A stretch of 64,000 bases of DNA from Azolla caroliniana (GCA_043228905.1 JBHGNT010000003.1:1302001-1366000), one strand, 5' to 3'; counted from the stretch's first letter, positions 38,201 to 51,861 are shown. Numbers and translations: made by a program. Notes: a model not told the origin generated them from the sequence alone.

Positions 38201-40830
38201 CACAATCATTAGATGCTAATATTTCAAAGGATGAGGTGGAACATGTCATGTCACATCTTGCTAATGATAAGAGTCCTGGGTGGGATGGATTAACACATGA
38301 ACTCTTTAAGAAATATGTGATTAAGTTAAAGGGGCCTTTTACGATTTTATTTCAGAAGGTGTGGACATCAGGGGAAATGCCTCATTCTTGGAAGATTGGT
38401 TTGATCAAGCTTTTGCCGAAGGTGCCTTCTCCATCTTCCTTTGCTCAATGGAGGCCTATTTCATTGATGGGGGAATGTACAAGATTTTTGCAAAAGTGAT
38501 GGCCAATAGGTTGCATAAGGTTTTACCTTCTATTATTCATAATGCTCAATATGGGTTTTTAGCAAAAAGAGACATTTTACATAATATTTTAAATGTTCAA
38601 ATGGCAATTGACTATGCAAAGGAGTCTAAACAAGAATTAGTGTTGCTACAATTGGATATCGAGAAAGCCTATGATAATGTGGATTGGTCATTTATAAATC
38701 AATTGATGTCTCATATGGGTTTTGGTGATCGTATGTCTAAGTTGATATACACATTAGGCGAGGGTTCGGTTTCACATGTGATGTTTAATGGAGGAGTAAC
38801 CCAACCGATTTCTATTCGGAGGTCAGTTAGACAAGGATGCCCGGTAAGTCCTTTACTATTCACTATTGTGACACATCCTATTCTTGTTAAGTTAAACAAT
38901 ATGGCTATGGGGGAAGAATTGCTTGGACTAAGGTTGCCATCAGAGAAGCCATGTATTGTTCAAGCTCTCGCAGATGACCATATTATGTTTTTGGCACTTA
39001 ATCGGGAAAATATTAGTAAGACAAGAGATGTGTGGGAATTGTTTTCAAATGCTTCGGGGTTGAGAATTAATATACATAAATCTGTCCTCATTTCATGTAC
39101 AGAACAAGATGTGTTAGGGTTGGGGTGGTCAGGAAGGATAGTGCATCGTGGTATGATTTGTCGTCATCTTGGATATCCAATTGGGGTGGAAGTTTCTCAT
39201 GTGAAACTTATTGAGTGGGTATCCAAAAGGTTGGAGGATAAGTTTATGTATTGGAGGTCTCAATTTTGGCCTTTTCATGTACGACTTAAGGTGGTCCAAT
39301 CGATTATGGTCTCTATGGTATCTTATTATCTTCCTTTGCTCCCATGGTCAAAGAAAGCTCTTGAAATGTTGTCACGCTCGATGTGAATGTTGTTATGGAA
39401 AAGAAAAGGGAAAAGTGCCTTGTCATGGTTGGCATGGGATCATGTTTGTACTCCGAAGCATCTTGGTGGGGCATCAATATTGAATCTATATGAGCATATG
39501 GTGGCTCGTCGATTTACTTTCATTCGATTCATGTTTGAAGGTGTACAACCTTGGACAGAAATGGTGGCATACTTTATAGAGAAGAACGGAATAAAGCTTG
39601 GAAACATGAAGGTTGAAGCGAATTGGTGGAATGTAATTAATTCTGACAGGGATGTCGAATGTACAGGGTCTATGATAGTTAATCATTTGTTGACATCTTG
39701 GCAAAGTATGTTGGATTTTGTGGAATGGCATCCCCCACAAGAAAGGGGATGTGCCAATTCATTACAAATGGAGGTTTTGGGTTTTGGCAACATCAAGGTT
39801 GTTGAGGTGGGAAGGTAAACAAATTCTTAACCTTCAATTTAATCGGATGGCTAGATTGGGTTTGGTAAGAGTTAAGGATGCTATGTTGGTTTCACAAAGA
39901 AGATTAATGGCTTTTCGAACAATAAGATCAACAATTCGTATTCCAAAAGGTTATAACTTTATTTGGGATAAGTTGCAACAAATACTATCTTCACATGAGC
40001 CAATTCTTGATTTAGATGGGTGATCTCAAGAGCTTGATTGGAGGTTTGTTGGAAATAAGAGATTGATTATGATCTCAACGAATGTTGCTTATCACAAGTT
40101 GATTGACAAACATAAGTGGTTGGAAGAAAGGGTTATAAAGATATGGGGTTTTCATAAGCCCATTACTTGTGGTTTCATGTGATCAAGGCAGGTTGGTGTT
40201 CTCGATTGATGCTACGAGCCAAGGTATTTATTTGGAGAGTTATGGTTGGAGCTTTACCATTAGGGGATGCATTAAAAAGAAGAAACATTACTAAAGGATT
40301 GTGTTTCTTTTGTTCGGTGGAATTGGAACATAGTAGGCATCGATTTATTTCATGCCCGATGGCAAGGATGGTTTGGTGGTGTATCAGTTTAGTGTGGATG
40401 TCTCTAACAAGAGTAAGTCTATCTTCCTTTAGTTGGGTTTTTGCACATATGGAGAACAATGAACCGATGCCTCATTTTCAAATTATTTTTGAGTTCTTGA
40501 GGTATTGGGGGCTATGGTTCAATTGGAATATGTGGAATGCCTTCATTTTTTATTCGCAAGTTGGGGTGAGAAAATATGTTCTTAAATTAAAAGGACTTCT
40601 TTTGTGGCAATTGACAGTGCTAGAGAAGTCATAAAATCTCAACTAAGAAGAGAGAGAACTCTGCAAGGTCACATATCATCATATTCGCCATTTGAATTGG
40701 TGTGTAGGGTGGCATTGAGTTTGGTGTCGTAGTTTTCTTTAGATCCCTAGATAGAAGGGGTTCTATAGTTTGTTGTAAGTTAGTCATGGTGGTGTTTTTT
40801 CTTTCGTAATGAAAGCCATTATTTACGAAA
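35300..40830 (+). mobile_element. Near full-length L1/Tx1-like LINE (ORF1 about 35527-36866; ORF2 36863 to about 40720), decayed, ending at (GA)n
   Basis: ORF1 knuckle CFHCGVLGHFMAEC. APE endonuclease TWNVRG, GDFN, SRLDR, SDH. RT PGWDG, WRPISL, DIEKAYD, RQGCPVSP, LADD. C-terminal CFFC..E.SRHRFISC. Several stops and frameshifts. Confidence 0.93.
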
Positions 40831-41724
40831 AGAGAGAGAGAGAGAGAGAGAGAGCATGACTCAAAAAGTCAATATCAAGAACAATTATAGGAACCATAAA
40901 ACCTTGTGATCTAAACATGGTTTTTGTAATAAATAAAAACATTATACCTCGCATGTGAAAGACGTCATCATTATATAGTTGCATAATACCAACACCATAA
41001 ATTTTATTAAGAAGTGCTTATATATGTGATCAATCATAAAAAAATGGAGTTCAAGGAATGTTAATACTCAAATTAAGCAAGAGGTTTGTCGAAAGAATGA
41101 TCCATTGATTTCATTTATTTGCAAAACAAGGGGGTTACGAAACAATGAGAGGAAATTTATTACACATGTGAGAAGCAAATTTCTATGGATATATGAGATC
41201 ATTGCATTTGTAACATTTAGAAAGAATCCTATGTGAAATTGATGGGAGGAATCCACACGGAACCCTTCAAGGGTTTAATCATTTTTTGGCGGAACATGGG
41301 CCAAATTGATATACAACTGTGGAGTTGTTCTTGCTCCTCTTTGCTAAATGGTGACATGTATGTAGTGATTCTTGACAAGGCGATGCAACACAAGTTGTCT
41401 CTTATGCCTCAATGGAAAATTCAACACTAGATTGTGAGAGATGTTGGGACTAGTTATCAAACATATAAACCAAAAATAATTGTGGTAGCTACTTCGTTTG
41501 ATATAAAACAAAACAAGTAGTCCCCATCTTTTGAAAAAATGATGGGCCCGAACCCAAGTAGAAACATTTTGTTGGACGCATTTTGTTTGGCTATGGTAAA
41601 GAAGAAGAAGAAGAATCATACGTCTTTGGATATATGGTTCTCACAAATATTGGTCAATGTTCATCGACACATATTGGAGAAGAAGAAGTAAAAGAACTAG
41701 CACTAGCATTGGTGAAACTTGGCT

Positions 41725-43395
41725 ATGGTGAGCCTCACCTCCACCATACCTGTAGAGCTCATTATTGGTGTTACACTGTCTCTACTACTAATAGCAGCCC
41801 TACAGCAGCTATGGAGACCTTCAAGCCAGAAGAATAAGAGCCAGCCAGAGAAGAAACTTCCCTTACCTCCAGGTCGTTTCGGCCTTCCCTTCATCGGCGA
41901 AAGCCTAGAGTTTATCGGAACACAAAGGAAAGGGATCCCTTGGAAATTCATCGATGACCGCATCGCAGCCTATGGAGAGACCTTCAAGACGAACTTAATA
42001 GCTTCTCCCACAGTAGTCCTTACTGGTCCTTTGGGCCACAAGACAGCCTTCTCTAACACCTATACAGCATGGCCTGCTGGCATGGTCTCTCTTCTCGGGA
42101 AAAACTCCATCGCCGGGTGTGCCGCACATCGTGCCCCTCGCATCCGGAATGCGCTCATGCAGTTCTTGCGGCCCGAATCCTTGCAAAGATACACGAGCCG
42201 TGTCGACCTCATCCTCCTCACCTTCATTCATGAGTATGTAGAAGGCAAACCTAAGGTTGCTCTCTTCCCCCTTATGAAGAAGCTCATGTTCTCCATAGCT
42301 TGCGAGGTTTTGGTTGGTAAAGGAGACAGAAAAGATCAAGATATGCTCCATCATCCCTTCGACACCATGGCGAAAGGCATGTATCTGCTGCCACTTAACA
42401 TCCCAGGAACAACATATAGTAAAGCCCTCGCAGCTTCGGCTGCGTTAAGAAAGCACTTGCAGGTATGGATCGATGAGAGAAGGAGGGATATGGATGCTGA
42501 CTTGGTCACTGGACAAGAAGACATCCTCTCTGGCTTTCTGGCATATACGGATGAGCACGGACAACCTTTCTCCGATAAGGAAGTGAAGGACAACATCCTC
42601 ACGTTGCTCTTTGCAGGCCATGATACCAGCGCTTCTGTAGCCACCATAGCCTGCAAATGTATTGCATCTAATACCGAGATAATGGAGGAGGTTTACAGAG
42701 GTAGGTTTGTTTGTGGCCCCTCAATCATGCTCCATTCTTTGTTGATCAAGTGCACATACATATATATAGACTTATGATTTGTATATGCTCAGAGAACAAG
42801 GAGATCGCTGCAAGCAAGGCCCCCGGTGAGCTGTTGAATTGGGGAGATATACAGAGGATGAAGCTTTCATGGCGAGTGGTGCAGGAATCGATGAGGCTGG
42901 TGCCGCCAGCGCAGGGGGTGTTCAGAGTGGCACAGGAAGACATGAGCTTCGATGGCTTCAGGATCCCCAAATCATGGAAGGTGCGATAGTACACAGAAAA
43001 CTCATTTTATAAACACGGCTTAGCGGCTTGAACCCATAAAAGTCTAATAGAGCAACACATAAAAGTTGATCCATACATTGCATTTTCCTGCACAGATATT
43101 TTCGTCTACACAGTCAACTCATCGTAACCCCAAGTATTTCCCGGATCCCGAGAAGTTTGATCCGTCTCGCTTCAAAGGAGCGGGCCCGGCTCCATACACG
43201 TTCGTCCCATTCGGTGGGGGCCCGAGGATGTGTCCCGGCAACGAGTTCGCACACATGGAGATTTTGGTGCTCGTCCATCGATTGGTCACCCGGTTCTCGT
43301 GGACCCTCGAGGATCCCAACGAACTCATATCAATCAACCCCCTGCCCTGCCCTGTGAAGGGTCTTCCTATCTTCCTCAAACCACGCATTCCATAA
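41725..43395 (+). CDS. CYP716: Cytochrome P450, CYP716-related (type A, copy 2), intact, about 487 aa
   Basis: Exons 41725-42700, 42793-42980 and 43096-43395. The first Met codon is TTG here, so the ATG at 41725 (Met3 of copy 1) is the likely start. AGHDT, ESMR, PSRF and [10 protein letters not shown] are intact. Family-level call. Confidence 0.88.
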
Positions 43396-44199
43396 TTTGA
43401 TTCACTACCTACCACACAATCGTTTGAAAATTGCAGCAATAAAAGTAGCTTGAGGATCCTAAATTATCCCAACGTTGTGTCTGTACATTTATTTCTATGT
43501 ATCGGAATTTGGTAAGGCCTATGAGCACATCCATCGTTCAACTTAAACTTAAGTTTTACTTGTGATATATATTGTTCTAGCAAATTTTATGTTTCCGGCT
43601 TATTATCTCGTATTTAAAATAAATGCTTTGGATTAAAAATATTGTGGATTTAGAAGTATCACATTTTGATACAATATGTTGCAAATTGCAATTAACCAGA
43701 CTTTAGTCAATTTGGCGTAGTCCTTATGCACACTTCTTTCAGAGTCACAATGTAAATCTTGATTGCAATGTCATCATACAATTCTTGAACTTAAAGATTC
43801 AGTTTTAATTCCACACATACAATGTGGAAAAATGATTCATCTTTGGTTTCCGGTAGCCACATTTTATCCTTTGAACATGACAGTAAAAATCTCTTTTCTC
43901 TTTAGTGAAAATACAATTATATACCTAAATGCTTGTGAAAAACACTACAATGGTGCCATAATTCAGTGGTTGGACATGTTGAATAGGCAATAATATGCAA
44001 GATGAACAATTTCTTTGAGAAAATAATTTCAACTTGGTCAAATAAAGAAAAGTACCACATCTAGATTCTATACGGTATACCAGTATCATGTAGAATTGGA
44101 TAGTCGTATATGTATATAGATATATCTCTGTACATATACATGTAAAGAGATATATGATACATGGAGATATTATAAGCACTACTTAGAGAGAGAGAGAGA

Positions 44200-44961
44200 T
44201 TTTGCACCTTGGGTAGATTGGCGGTTACAAGATGGTACATGCTTGTTACAGGTCACTACAAATATATTGTATAATAATGCGATGGCATCATTATCTTGGT
44301 TATCTCCTAAAGCAACGAAGGTGTGGAATGTATATAAGTCAGATGCAAGGTGGTAGAAAATATATACAAAGTGGTTGGCATTCCCATCTACCATTTCGTG
44401 CAAAGGTATTCATATGGAGAGTCATGATTGGTGGGCTCCCATTAGGTTCGGCCCTAAAGAGACGAGGACTAGGGTTTGACACTTATTTCTTTTGCATCGT
44501 TCCATTGGAGGATAGTACACATCACTTCATTAAATGTCCTATAGCGTGTACCATTTGGAAGTACTTATCCGACATTTGGCAAGTTTTAACCCGTTGTTTG
44601 AGATCTCAACAATGGGTTTTTTCTCAATATGTTCAAAATGGATCAAATGATGAGATGGAGATATTGTTCCATTTTTTACATTATTGGGGTCTACAACACA
44701 ACTGGAATATGCGTAATGCTTTCATGTTTGATAATAGACATGGGGTGAAAGCCTATATAAAGAAGCTTAAAGGTATTCTAATGTGGGTGTTTTGGATGTT
44801 AGAGCATGTGGGGATCATTTCCTCAAATGCATATTCAGGTTTTTTAGTAGCATTACAGAACATCCATCTCCCTACATAGACATATGATGGGTAGAGGAGA
44901 CTAAGAAGTGTTGTAACTAAGTGGATTTTACATACAATTAATATAATTGTGTGCTTTTACC
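44200..44961 (+). mobile_element. 5'-truncated LINE 3' end inserted in (GA)n
   Basis: RAKVFIWRVMIGGLPLG..LKRR and FLHYWGL..NWNMRNAF match the 3' end of the 35300 LINE; absent from the paralogous site at about 22435. Confidence 0.88.
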
Positions 44962-44982
44962 AGAGAGAGAGAGAGAGAGAGA

Positions 44983-45691
44983 TCATTGCTCTGTTGAGTC
45001 TCTTGGATGGTTATCATCTAATGCTGAAGAAGAATGGAGATTACACAAATCTGATCATGGGTGGTGGCAAATCTTACAACGTAGTTGGCATTCTAAATAG
45101 CCACTTGTAGCAAATGTCTTCATTTGGAGAGTTTTGATTAGAGGATTGCCTTTGGGATTAACTCTAAAGCGTCGTGGACTAGAAACGGGTAATTGCTTTT
45201 TTTGCACTGTTCAAATGGAAGATAGTACTCATCAATTTATACAATGCCTGATTGCTTCTCAGATTTGGAGTTACATTTCTCAAATTTGGCAAGTTTTATC
45301 ACAGTGTTATTTGATACCTAGACAATGGGTGTTTGCACAATTTACACAAGTGAACCTAAAGTCAAAGATGGAGATTGTTTTTCTATTTTTGAGATATTGG
45401 GGATTATGTCATAATTGGAATATGCGCAACACTTTTGTATTCAATGGTAGACATGGAGTGAAAGCATATCTACGAAAGTTGAAGGGAGTACTAATGTGGC
45501 AAATTTCTTTATTGGAACAAGTGGAAATCCTTTCCTCGATGGAATGTTCGTCTTGCCTATTGGCAATTCAACATGTTCCATTACCCATGTAGTGTAGTGT
45601 AGTTAGTGGGTGACCATACTTCATGGTCACACCCATTGTAAGTAGTGTTTTTTACACACATTTATTAATATAATTGTGTGTTTTCACCAAA
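44983..45691 (+). mobile_element. Second 5'-truncated LINE 3' end inserted in the same (GA)n
   Basis: GLPLGLTLKRR, CFFC..EDSTHQFIQC, FLRYWGL; same 3' terminus (attaatataattgtgtg..ttt.acc) followed by (AG)n. Confidence 0.88.
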
Positions 45692-48177
45692 AGAGAGAGA
45701 GAGAGAGAGAGAGATCAAAGACATGTGTATACATATATAGAAGTGTGATTTCTTTGAGTGTCGAAATATACTACACACATGCACATTTTCGCAAGATGTT
45801 CAATGTGAAAAACAAAAGCTTGAGAGGGAAAAGGGAAAATATTCATTGGCATCAAATTTTGTCAATCGAAGAGAAGAAGAAGCAAAACTACCACTACCAT
45901 TGGTGAAGCTCGGCTATGGTGAGCTTCACCTGCAAAACCCTAGAGTTTCTCAGAACTCTGCCTATGTTCTCGGTCATTTTCTTAGAACTCTAGAATTTAA
46001 TCAAGCATCGGTCATTTTATTAGGGTGTTTGCATTTGTTCTTTCATTGAAGGGTTTACTAAGAATATTGTCACATATATACACTAACCACAAATGAAACC
46101 CAGAATTTATGAAAACTGAAGCCAAGCCAATTGAGGATCAAATGAGTTTATTATAAGCAAACTTACCAAAGTGGTAAGTTTCAATCCCAATAATCTTATT
46201 AATAGATCACCATAGATTACAAAAAGTAGAGTTTTAGAATCAAGCTTGTCTATTTTATTTAGAAAACATCGAAGGATGACATCTTCATAGCCACTTGACT
46301 GAGATTTTGAGGGTTGAAACATGTGCTTCCAAACATATGAGAAAAATTTCGTACACCATTAAAAAAGAATGTAATCTAGAAGCTTGTGTAACTAAACCTC
46401 ATTCATGATTATTATACATGTCACTTCCATTCCCAAGTGTCTTTAGAATAAAGAATAAAATAAGCCAGCTATGTAAACCAATAAACTACAACAAAGATGG
46501 AGCTAGATTGTTTAAAAAGAGGTCCATGATAAAGTACCGTAGGGTTGGACATGGGTTTTGAATTGTGTGGATTGTAACAGGAATTATGGGGGTTTTTAAT
46601 GGGCACATATATCACAAAATTTGATGAATTTGTTGACTAACTTTTATTGGTGAGGCCAACAATTGTTCCTAAATGCCAATTAGAGGTTGTGACCAACAAT
46701 CATATGGTTGAGCAGTTCTACCAAGACCTTGATCCAAGATGTCAACCACATCGTTCTAGTGGAGTCCATATTTAAAGGTTAGATGGTTCAAGTATTCACC
46801 CTGGTTTACTTGTGGAGTTGATGTGGGTTTAGACATGTCTAAGGTTGTTGCTAATAGGCTTCATTCTCTAATTGAAACACGAACTTCATGTGGTGAGAAG
46901 CTAGGATCCTAGTAAGAAAAAGATATCGAATCATAATTCGCTATGAATATAGTCTAGCAAATTTTGTTGATGTAAAGAAGGTTTTTCATGGTCCATCATC
47001 ACTTGGATGCATTATTGCACCCGTCCAAGTAAGGTGACTCTAATAATTAATTAAAAGATTGAGAAGTAACAAACACTTTAATTAATTTATACAAATGACA
47101 AAATCATGATACTTTCGATTATAAGCATCATGTTAAGTAGAAGTCAGACCCGAATAGGTAAGTTATTAAGAAAACTTAAGTATTTAAGTGATTGCACACA
47201 TTACAACTACATAGAATGAACCATGTGTATCATACGTGCATTCGCATTCGAGAATGATTCAATCAAACGTGTATGGTAAATCATCTCAAAGTTGGATTGG
47301 ATTGACTATGGTCTATATTATATATTGATTCACTCTCAATCCCAATAAGTGGACTCTAATCCATTGTGAACCACCAACATAAGTATGGTTGCAATATTTG
47401 CATTGTATCACATGCATACTCTTGGGATGCTTCTTAATAATCAAGACATCTCTATCATCCTCACTTTAGAACTTTACAAAAAAAAGGAGTATGAACTATA
47501 GAGATTGAATCAAAATATGTCATTATAAATTATAATCAAATGTTCAAAAACTCATAAAACATACATTCGAGAATATGAAGAAAACATGACATAGGCAATA
47601 GCAACATAACAACTTATCACTAGGGTGAGCTAATTTCTAATAACAAACAAAGAAAAAAAAAGTAACATGACAATAACAAAGAGGATATGAGAAAGTTGGG
47701 AATTTAACTCCCAAAGACACAAGCAATAGTAGCATGGCAACTTACCACTAGGTTAAGCTCATTTCTAATAACAGAAAATGAAAAAAAAACGAAAAAACTA
47801 ATATAAAATTTTGCTATGGTACTAACAAGAGAGATGAGAAATTTGGAACTCGAACAAGACATAAACAATAATAGCACATCTCGTTACCACTAGGATAACC
47901 TGAATTTACAATAAAAGCATGAAAAAAAACAAAATGATTAAATATTTTTCCCTTTTCAAACGTGTTCGTTTTCAAACGTTTGAATGCTTGCACGAACACG
48001 AATATTACGTTCTATAAAATTTACAAGTATTCTATTTTTCCTTAAAATACTTAGAATATGTATTAAGTACATTAAATACATGTAAAATATGTTTAATACT
48101 TCCTAGAATTTAAACTTTTCTTTTAAAATAATTTTTAAATTTAAACCTTTTTGAAATGTTAAATACTTGGCAAATAC

Positions 48178-49947
48178 GTTCAACGAGGCCGTTAACTAAC
48201 TCTCGTTCACTGACAAGATGTGGCTGACATCGATCACATTCCCACGATTCTTAGAAATGTTAAATACTTGTTAAATACGTAGAATTTGTCAAATAATTTC
48301 TTAGAATACAAAAAATATTTGAAGTTTTCAAAAATGGCAATTCTGAAAACATAGACTATGTGTAGAACACTTCCAAAGTATATGAAACAGAGGATACGTG
48401 TTTTTTTAACAACTACGGAAGTTCAACGAGGCCGTTAACTAACTCTCGTTCACTGACAAGATGTGGCCGACATCGATCACATTGCCATGATTCTTAGAAA
48501 TGTTAAATACTTGTTAAATACGTAGAATTTGTCAAATAATTTCTTAGAATACAAAAAATATTTGAAGTTTTCAAAAATGGCAATTCTGAAAAGATAGAAT
48601 ACTGTGTAGAACACTTCCGAGTATATTAAACGGAGGATACGTGTTTTTTGAACTACGGAAGTTCAACGAGGCCGTTAACTAACTCTCGTTCACTGACAAG
48701 ATGTGGCCGACATCGATCACATTGCCATGATTCTTAGAAATGTTAAATACTTGTTAAATACGTAGAATTTGTCAAATAATTTCTTAGAATACAAAAAATA
48801 TTTGAAGTTTTCAAAAATGGCAATTCTGAAAACATAGAATACTGTGTAGAACACTTCCGAGTATGTTAAACGGAGGATACCTGTTTTTTTAACAACCACG
48901 GAAGTTCAACGAGGCCGTTAACTAACTCTCGTTCACTGACAAGATGTGGCCGACATCGATCACATTGCCATGATTCTTAGAAATGTTAAATACTTGTTAA
49001 ATACGTAGAATTTATCAAATAATTTCTTAGAATACAAAAAATATTTGAAGTTTTCAAAAATGGCAATTCTGAAAAGATAGAATACTGTGTAGAACACTTC
49101 CGAGTATATTAAACGGAGGATACGTGTTTTTTGAACTACGGAAGTTCAACGAGGCCGTTAACTAACTCTCGTTCACTGACAAGATGTGGCCGACATCGAT
49201 CACATTGCCATGATTCTTAGAAATGTTAAATACTTGTTAAATACGTAGAATTTGTCAAATAATTTCTTAGAATACAAAAAATATTTGAAGTTTTCAAAAA
49301 TGGCAATTCGGAAAAGATAGAATACTGTGTAGAACACTTCCGAGTATGTTAAACGGAGGATACCTGTTTTTTTAACAACCACGGAAGTTCAACGAGGCCG
49401 TTAACTAACTCTCGTTCACTGACAAGATGTGGCCGACATCGATCACATTGCCATGATTCTTAGAAATGTTAAATACTTGTTAAATACGTAGAATTTGTCA
49501 AATAATTTCTTAGAATACAAAAAATATTTGAAGTTTTCAAAAATGGCAATTCTGAAAAGATAGAACACTGTGTAGAACACTTCCGAGTATATTAAACGGA
49601 GGATCCCTGTTTTTTTAACAACCACGGAAGTTGAACGAGGCCGTTAACTAACTCTCGTTCACCGACAAGATGTGGCCGATTTTCCATGATTCTTAGAAAT
49701 GTTAAATACTTGTTAAATACGTAGAATTTGTCAAATAATTTCTTAGAATACAAAAAATATTTGAACTTTTCAGAAATGGCAATTCTGAAAACATAGAATG
49801 TGTAGAACACTTCAGAGTATATGAAGCGGAGGATACGTGTTTTTTTAACGAGGATACGTGTTTTAACTACGGAAGTTCAACGAGGCCGTTAACTAACTCT
49901 CGTTCACCGACAAGATGTGGTCTAACACTGGTCACATTCCCATGATT
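48178..49947. repeat. 240-243-bp tandem satellite, about 7.3 copies, directly upstream of the type-B P450
   Basis: Unit starts at 48178, 48421, 48661, 48904, 49144, 49387, 49630 and 49875. Confidence 0.95.
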
Positions 49948-50169
49948 CCCTCCCCATTCCAAACCTATGAGACATACAAACCTATGAAATAAATATATTC
50001 AAGACACTATTGGGAGGGATGTGGACAGTCTACATGTGTACAATTGGTTTGGATATATGTATGGTGCTAAATTCTCAGAAATGTTGGTCAATATTCATCG
50101 ACACATATTAGAGAAGAAGAAGAAGAAGAAGAAGAAGAAGGAGTTCACAATCAATACCATTGGTGAAGC

Positions 50170-51861
50170 ATGGCTATGGTGAGCTTCACCTCCATAATCC
50201 CACTAGAGGTCATTGTTGGGGTTACTCTGTCTATATTACTCATAGCAGCGGTACAGCAGCTATGGAGGCCTTCAAGCAAGAAGAATAAGAACCAACAAGG
50301 GAACTTACCTCCGGGTCGTTTCGGCCTTCCTTTCATCGGTGAAACCTCGGAGTTTCTCGGAACCCAAAGGAAAGGGATCCCTTGGATATTTTTCGATGAC
50401 CGCATCTCGGCCTATGGAGAGACCTTCAAGACGAGCTTAATAGGTTCTCCGACAATAGTTCTGGCTAGCCCTTTGGGTAACAAGGCAGCCTTCTCGAACA
50501 CCTATCCATCGTGGCCTGCTAGTGTTGTCTCTATTCTCGGGGATGAATCTCTCATCGGGTGTGTCGGACATTGTGCCACTCGCATTCGGAAAGCGCTCAT
50601 GCTGTTCTTGCGGCTCGAATCCTTGCAAAGATACACGAGCCGCGTCGATCACATTGCACTTGCATTCATAAGAGATCATGTCGAAGGCAAATCTAAGGTT
50701 GCTCTCTTCCCCCTCGTGAAGCAGCTCATGTTCTCCATAGCTTGTGAGGTTCTTGTTGGCCGGCCGGACATAGAAGATCAAGATATGCTCCATCGACTAT
50801 TCCGCACCATGATGAAAGGCCTGGTGCAGATACCAATCAACATCCCAGGAACTTCATATAGCAAAGCCCTGGCTGCTTCTGATGTGGTAAGGAAGCAGTT
50901 GCAGGTATGGATCGACGAGAGAAGGAAGGATATGGATGCTGGCTTGGTCACTGGACATGAAGACATCCTCTCTGGCTTTCTGGCATATACGGATGAGCAG
51001 GGAGAACCATTTTCTGATGAGGCCATCAAGGACAACATCCTCCTGTTGCTCTTTGCAGGCCATGATACCAGTTCTGTTGTAGCCACCATGGCCTGCAAAT
51101 ATCTGGCATCTAATCGCCACATAATGGATGAGGTTTACAGAGGTAGGTTTGTTTGTTGCCTCCCCCAAAATCATTATCAATTCTTTCTTGATCAGCGCCA
51201 TATAAAGCCTTATGATATTTGTATGTGTATTTTGGTGGTGATTGCTCAGAGAGCAAGGAGATCGCTGCAAGCAAGGCCCCCGGTGAGCTCTTGAATTGGG
51301 GAGATATACAGAAGATGAAGTTTTCATGGAGAGTTGCTCAAGAATCGATGAGGCTGGTGCCGCCAGTGCAGGGGACATTCAGAGAGGCACAGGAAGACAT
51401 GAGCTTCAATGGGTTTAGGATCCCCAAATCATGGAAGGTTGATCCATACATTGCATTTTTTTCCTGCACAGATAATGTCAAATAGAACACACGTAACAGT
51501 TTGATCCATACACAGAAAATGTAACATGACATATCTATGTATGCATTTTTCCTGCACACAGATAATGTCTTCCGTGAACTCCACCCATCGGAACCCCAAG
51601 TATTTCCGGGAGCCGGAGAAGTTCGATCCGTCACGCTTCGAAGGAGCAGGCCCGGACCCTTTCACATTCGTCCCATTCGGTGGGGGCCCGAGGATGTGTC
51701 CGGGCAACGAGTACGCACGCATGCAAATTCTCGTAATCATCCATCGCATGGTCTCCCGGTTCTCGTGGACCCTCGAGGACCCCACCGAACTCATATCAAT
51801 CGACCCGCTACCCTTCCCTGTGAAAGGGCTTCCTATCCAGCTCGAACCACGCATTATGTGA
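50170..51861 (+). CDS. CYP716: Cytochrome P450, CYP716-related (type B), intact, about 486 aa
   Basis: Exons 50170-51142, 51250-51437 and 51562-51861 splice in frame; [17 protein letters not shown] and [10 protein letters not shown] present. Family-level call. Confidence 0.88.

Noticed and set aside
48717-49810. Repeated 60-72 aa minus-strand ORFs
   Set aside because: Chance ORFs repeated by the 243-bp satellite.
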